This document shows, in pieces, positions 58,426-64,000 of a stretch of 64,000 bases of DNA. This stretch comes from Planctomycetota bacterium (GTDB lineage Bacteria; Planctomycetota; JAJSAM01; JAJVHW01). The stretch covers positions 1,600,001 to 1,664,000 of the forward strand of contig CBDFJG010000003.1 in assembly GCA_965248445.1 (NCBI GenBank). The letters are read 5' to 3'. Position 1 is the stretch's first letter; every line of letters begins with the position of its first letter. The translations under genes and the position numbers were made by a program. A model generated the notes under the pieces. The model did not search any database, was not told the origin of the DNA, and worked only from the letters and a program-made list of their open reading frames with translations.

Positions 58426-58770
58426 ATGCAGGTTGGACACGTCGAGCTGCCGGTCCGCGACGCGCTGCGGAGCGCGCGCTTCTACACAGAGGTCCTCGGG
58501 TTCACCCTGGAGGCGAACCAGGCGGACCGATTCGTGTGGCTGACCTCCGGGCAGCTCACGCTCCTCCTCCGTCCTGGTTTCGACGGTGCTCCGGAGAACG
58601 ACCTCTCGGCAGTCAATCTCGTGCTCTACACGGACGACGTGCCGGGCGCTCGCGCGCGCCTCGAGGACGCGGACGTCGCCTGGAGCGAACGCGCGAACTG
58701 CCTCCACTTCCGCGATCCCGACGGGCACTGGCTGCAGATCGTGGATCCACACGAAGACCACTCCGGCTAG
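58426..58770 (+). CDS. VOC/glyoxalase family protein
   Basis: HVELPVRD..RSARFYTEVLGF...FRDPDGHWLQI. Confidence 0.88.
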   Translation: MQVGHVELPVRDALRSARFYTEVLGFTLEANQADRFVWLTSGQLTLLLRPGFDGAPENDLSAVNLVLYTDDVPGARARLEDADVAWSERANCLHFRDPDGHWLQIVDPHEDHSG

Positions 58771-58775
58771 CGCAG

Positions 58776-60146
58776 ATGGCGGTGTCCGGCTCCGGTCTTG
58801 TGCGCGCGGCGCCCTGGGCGCTCTACGCAGCGTGTGCCGGCGCCATGGCGTGGTTCCGCATCCCGTGGGTCGACGAGGCGTGGGTCGCGGGCCCCGCCGC
58901 GACTCTGCTGAGTGAAGGCGTGATGCTCGACGTCGGCGGTCCGCTGCCGGACGAAGCAACGAGGCAAGCTCCGCTGCTGGAGTTGTTCGGCCTGGTCCTG
59001 GCTGGGTGGTTCAGTGCGTTCGGCGTCGAGATCGTCCGCGCGCGTGTGCTCACGGTGATCACGGGAGCGCTCTTCCTCGTCGTGTCGGACCGAGCGTTGC
59101 AGGCCGCCGGCACGCCCGACCGCACGCGCACGATCGTGCGGTGGCTCTTCGTGACGAGCTACTTCTTCCTGTTCACGTCGTCGTGGGTGCGGCCGGACAT
59201 CGCCGCAGTGACGCTCGCGTTCGCAGGTGGGCTGGCCGTCGCAAGGTGGTCGGTGGACGGCTCGCGGAGGTTGCTCGCGCTCGGGCATTCCGCGCTGATC
59301 CTCGCGACGTCCATGCACCTGCAGGCCGGGTTCGTGGGCCTCGCGATGTGGGTTGCGACGCTCGGAGCCGCACGGCGGCCCGCCCGCGGTGACCTCCTCG
59401 CGTTCCTCGCCCCATACGGCGCGGCACTCGCACTGTCAGCAGCGGTGTACTGGAACCGGATGGACGCCGTGGCGCACGCGTTCGCACGGGGCTTCTCGGG
59501 AGACATCGTCGCGCATTCGGGCGGCGTTCCGGGTGCGCTGCTCCGCTACATCGACACTGGACGCTGGGAAGCCGTCGCGGGGATGACGCTACTCGTCTGC
59601 GTCGTGGCGTACGGACCGTGGGCGTTTTACCGCGACCGGCGCACGCCGGTGTCCTTGACCGTTGCGCTTGCCGCGTGGGGCGCTGCCGCGTCGTGGTTCC
59701 TGACGACGGCGGTCGGCAACAACTACCACGCCGTGTGGATCACGCCCGCGCTCGTCCTCGGCGCCGCCGCAGCATGGACCCCCGCAGGCGCACTCGTCCG
59801 GTGGCGCTGGCCGCAGATCGCCGTCCCGGCCCTACTCGCGATCTTCGGCTTGGCTCTGACCGCCCAGACCGTTCGCGATGACGGGCGGAGCGGCTACGAA
59901 GCTGATCTCACTCGCCTCGACGCAGCGTACGGCCTGCGCGCCGGAACGCTCTCCGGAGCGCGCGAGATCCAATGGCACTATGACTTCGACCGCAAACTCA
60001 TACGCCACCTCGCGGACGGTCACCGGCCGGAGTGGTTGCTGGTCCTCAACACGCGCGATGCACCCGAAGGACGATTGCGACGCGGCGGCCGAACGTACCG
60101 GCGCGTGGACACCGGCCGCGTCCTCACGCTCTACCAGCGCGACTGA
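58776..60146 (+). CDS. Polytopic membrane protein, GT-C (ArnT-like) glycosyltransferase
   Basis: PWVDEAW loop after TM1, VRPD motif, many TM segments. Confidence 0.65.
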   Translation: MAVSGSGLVRAAPWALYAACAGAMAWFRIPWVDEAWVAGPAATLLSEGVMLDVGGPLPDEATRQAPLLELFGLVLAGWFSAFGVEIVRARVLTVITGALFLVVSDRALQAAGTPDRTRTIVRWLFVTSYFFLFTSSWVRPDIAAVTLAFAGGLAVARWSVDGSRRLLALGHSALILATSMHLQAGFVGLAMWVATLGAARRPARGDLLAFLAPYGAALALSAAVYWNRMDAVAHAFARGFSGDIVAHSGGVPGALLRYIDTGRWEAVAGMTLLVCVVAYGPWAFYRDRRTPVSLTVALAAWGAAASWFLTTAVGNNYHAVWITPALVLGAAAAWTPAGALVRWRWPQIAVPALLAIFGLALTAQTVRDDGRSGYEADLTRLDAAYGLRAGTLSGAREIQWHYDFDRKLIRHLADGHRPEWLLVLNTRDAPEGRLRRGGRTYRRVDTGRVLTLYQRD

Positions 60147-60874
60147 CGCCTGGGCCCGCGCGACCTGCCGGACCGCCCTTCGCGGCGATACACGAGCACG
60201 GTCCGCTCGTCGAGGCCGGGAACATGCGTCATCTGCGCCTTCTTGACGCTCAGTCTCCGGCGCTTCGCGACGAGCGCGGCGCTGCGCACCTCATCGGCCG
60301 CCAAGTTCGGTCCCTTCATCATCAGGATGCAGCCGCTCTGTGCGGTCAGTGGTTCCAATTCGAGGACGATCGGCGCCGTCTTGCCCACGGCCCGGGCCGC
60401 GCACACGTCGAACGAGCGCTTGAACTCGGGCCGAAGCTCCGGCAGGTCAGCCCCGCGCGACCACACGCCTTCGACGTTCTCGATCCCGGCGGCGGCGAGG
60501 CACTCTTCGACAAGCCGGATCTTCTTGCCCGTGCCGTCTGCAACGACGACGGCGCTCCGCGGCCACGCCACGGCCAGCGGCACACCCGGGAAACCGCCTC
60601 CGGTGCCGAGGTCGAGCACACGAGCCGGCTCCCGCGGACCGGCCAGCTCGTGCCAGACCCCCACGAGCGACAGGCTGTCGACCAGGTGGCGGACCACGGC
60701 CTCGCCCCGATCGCGGATCGAGGTGACGTTGATCCGCTGGTTGGCCTCGAGCACGGCATCGAGGTAGGCGAGGAGCTTCCGAGCGCCCTTGTCGTCGAGC
60801 GTGGCGCCGACCACTCGCGCGCCCTCGAGGAGCGCTTCGATGTGCGGGTCGGCAGAGTCCTCGGAGTCGCTCAA
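60131..60874 (-). CDS. rsmG: 16S rRNA (guanine527-N7) methyltransferase; start approximate
   Basis: NQRINVTSI, HLVDSL, LDLGTGGGFPGVPLA, ARAV, MKG. Confidence 0.92.
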   Translation of the reverse strand: MSDSEDSADPHIEALLEGARVVGATLDDKGARKLLAYLDAVLEANQRINVTSIRDRGEAVVRHLVDSLSLVGVWHELAGPREPARVLDLGTGGGFPGVPLAVAWPRSAVVVADGTGKKIRLVEECLAAAGIENVEGVWSRGADLPELRPEFKRSFDVCAARAVGKTAPIVLELEPLTAQSGCILMMKGPNLAADEVRSAALVAKRRRLSVKKAQMTHVPGLDERTVLVYRREGRSGRSRGPRRQSRW

Positions 60875-60935
60875 GCGTCCGGCGTAGGATACGGGCTTCG
60901 ACGAAGCCACACGCACTGCGTACCAAGGAGAAGGC

Positions 60936-62561
<1,626 letters not shown>

Positions 62562-62616
62562 CGCCCGTATCGCGTCCCGGCCGGACGAGGCCCGGAACCA
62601 GCGGTAGGATGCAGGC

Positions 62617-64000
62617 GTGCGCGCGCGCCTCTTCCTGCCCGGATTCGTCCTGCTCGTGGCCGCTCTCGTGCCCACGGTGCCGGACCGGGTGCGGGCGCAG
62701 GAGAGTGACCTCGTCCGGCTGGCGGACGCGTTCCCGGGGGTGACGTTCAGCCGGCCGCTCTTCGCGCTGCAGCCGCCGGACGCGACCGACCGCATGTTCG
62801 TCATCGAGCAAGGCGGGAAGGTGTTCATCGTGCCCCACCCGGCGCCGGCGGAGGGGCCGATCCCGAGAGTCGAGTTCCTGGACGTCGACGTCGAGCGCGG
62901 GGGCAACGAGCAAGGTCTGCTCGGCTTCGCGTTCCATCCGCAGTACGCGAGCAATGGTCTGTTCTACGTCAACTACTCCCGCGACGGTGACGGCGCGACC
63001 ATCGTGTCGGAGTTCTCGGTGTCCGCGGGCAACCCGGACCAGGCGAACGCCGGCAGCGAGCGCGTGCTGATGACCGTCGCGCAGCCGTACTCGAATCACA
63101 ACGGCGGGATGATCGCGTTCGGGCCGGACGACATGCTCTACATCTCGCTCGGCGACGGCGGCTCGGGCGGCGATCCGCAGGACAACGGCGAGAACCTCGG
63201 CACGCTCCTCGGCGGGCTGCTGCGCATCGACGTTGACGACCAGGACCCTGACCTCCAATACGCCGTGCCACCCGACAATCCGTTCGTGGCGCGGCAGGGG
63301 GCACGGCGGGAGCTCTGGGCGTACGGCCTGCGCAACCTGTGGCGATTCTCGTTCGACAGGTCGACCGGCGAGTGCTGGGGCGGCGACGTCGGGCAGAACG
63401 CGTTCGAGGAAGTCGACCTCATCTCGGCGGGTGACAACCTCGGCTGGGACCGCCGCGAGGGCTTCGTCGCGTTCGAGGGCGACGGCGGAGCGCCCGTGGA
63501 CCCCTTCGTCGATCCGCTCCACGTCTACGGTCGCAACCTGGGCCGGTCGATCACCGGCGGATACGTCTACCGCGGGGACCTGATCCCGGAGCTCGTCGGC
63601 CAGTACCTGTTCGCGGACTACGTGACCGGCCGCATGTGGCAGCTCGCGCACGACAACGGGGGCAACGTGCAGGTCGATCAGCTGCTCTCGACCGGCGAGA
63701 GCGTCGCGAGCTTCGTCGAGGACCGCGACGGCGAACTCTACATCTGTACGTTCGGCGGTCGCATCCTCGCGATCCTGCCCACAGACGTCCCGGAGCCGCC
63801 GCCTCCGCCAGAAGCGCTGCCCGAACTCCTGTCGCAGACGCCGCTCTTCCGCCGCATCGACAAGCACCGGAAAGCGCGCGGCGCCCTGCGTTACGGCGTG
63901 CGTTCCGAGCTTTGGGCCGACTTCGCGGAGAAAGACCGCTGGATCGTCCTGCCGCCGCGCGGCGTCATGACGACCAACGGCGAGGACTCGTTCGACGTGC
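62617..64000 (+). CDS. PQQ-dependent sugar dehydrogenase with additional C-terminal domain; runs off the window
   Basis: GLLGFAFHP, NHNGG, GDGGSGGDP, YGLRN, DVGQNAFEE, SITGGYVYRG, then LPELLSQT...LWADFAEKDRW. Confidence 0.9.
   Translation, partial: MRARLFLPGFVLLVAALVPTVPDRVRAQESDLVRLADAFPGVTFSRPLFALQPPDATDRMFVIEQGGKVFIVPHPAPAEGPIPRVEFLDVDVERGGNEQGLLGFAFHPQYASNGLFYVNYSRDGDGATIVSEFSVSAGNPDQANAGSERVLMTVAQPYSNHNGGMIAFGPDDMLYISLGDGGSGGDPQDNGENLGTLLGGLLRIDVDDQDPDLQYAVPPDNPFVARQGARRELWAYGLRNLWRFSFDRSTGECWGGDVGQNAFEEVDLISAGDNLGWDRREGFVAFEGDGGAPVDPFVDPLHVYGRNLGRSITGGYVYRGDLIPELVGQYLFADYVTGRMWQLAHDNGGNVQVDQLLSTGESVASFVEDRDGELYICTFGGRILAILPTDVPEPPPPPEALPELLSQTPLFRRIDKHRKARGALRYGVRSELWADFAEKDRWIVLPPRGVMTTNGEDSFDV

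Overview
Very GC-rich bacterial DNA, probably Planctomycetota (inferred from gene content only). Left arm (1-28.6 kb): a pfaD-pfaA-pfaBC iterative PUFA-synthase-type cluster whose third gene has a 1-nt frameshift, a Fis-HTH regulator, a sigma54-type promoter in front of a 35-aa peptide, a thioredoxin-like/PDZ protein with two in-frame UGAs (a UxxU selenoprotein split by the ORF track), a 273-bp MITE, housekeeping and transport genes, and a Tat-exported xanthine-dehydrogenase-family molybdoenzyme operon. Centre (about 28.9-46.6 kb): a mosaic mobile island. It holds a prophage early-gene remnant with 17-18-codon linker micro-ORFs, a C5 DNA methyltransferase apparently encoded in two overlapping frames and flanked by ~50-bp direct repeats, a Zn-ribbon-containing amino-methyltransferase cut by an IS3, a 5'-truncated kptA, two IS66 elements, and a ~7-kb phage-satellite-like element (integrase, AlpA, ParB-MTase, P27 small terminase, cos-like site, DnaB-N/D5 helicase, HTH). 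Right arm (46.6-64 kb): an IS-truncated heme peroxidase, an ECF sigma factor with a 1919-aa FecR-VIT-vWA-TPR partner, HEAT proteins, rsmG, pruA and a PQQ-dependent dehydrogenase. No tRNA, rRNA or CRISPR was recognised. All family calls come from motifs recognised by eye; no searches were run.
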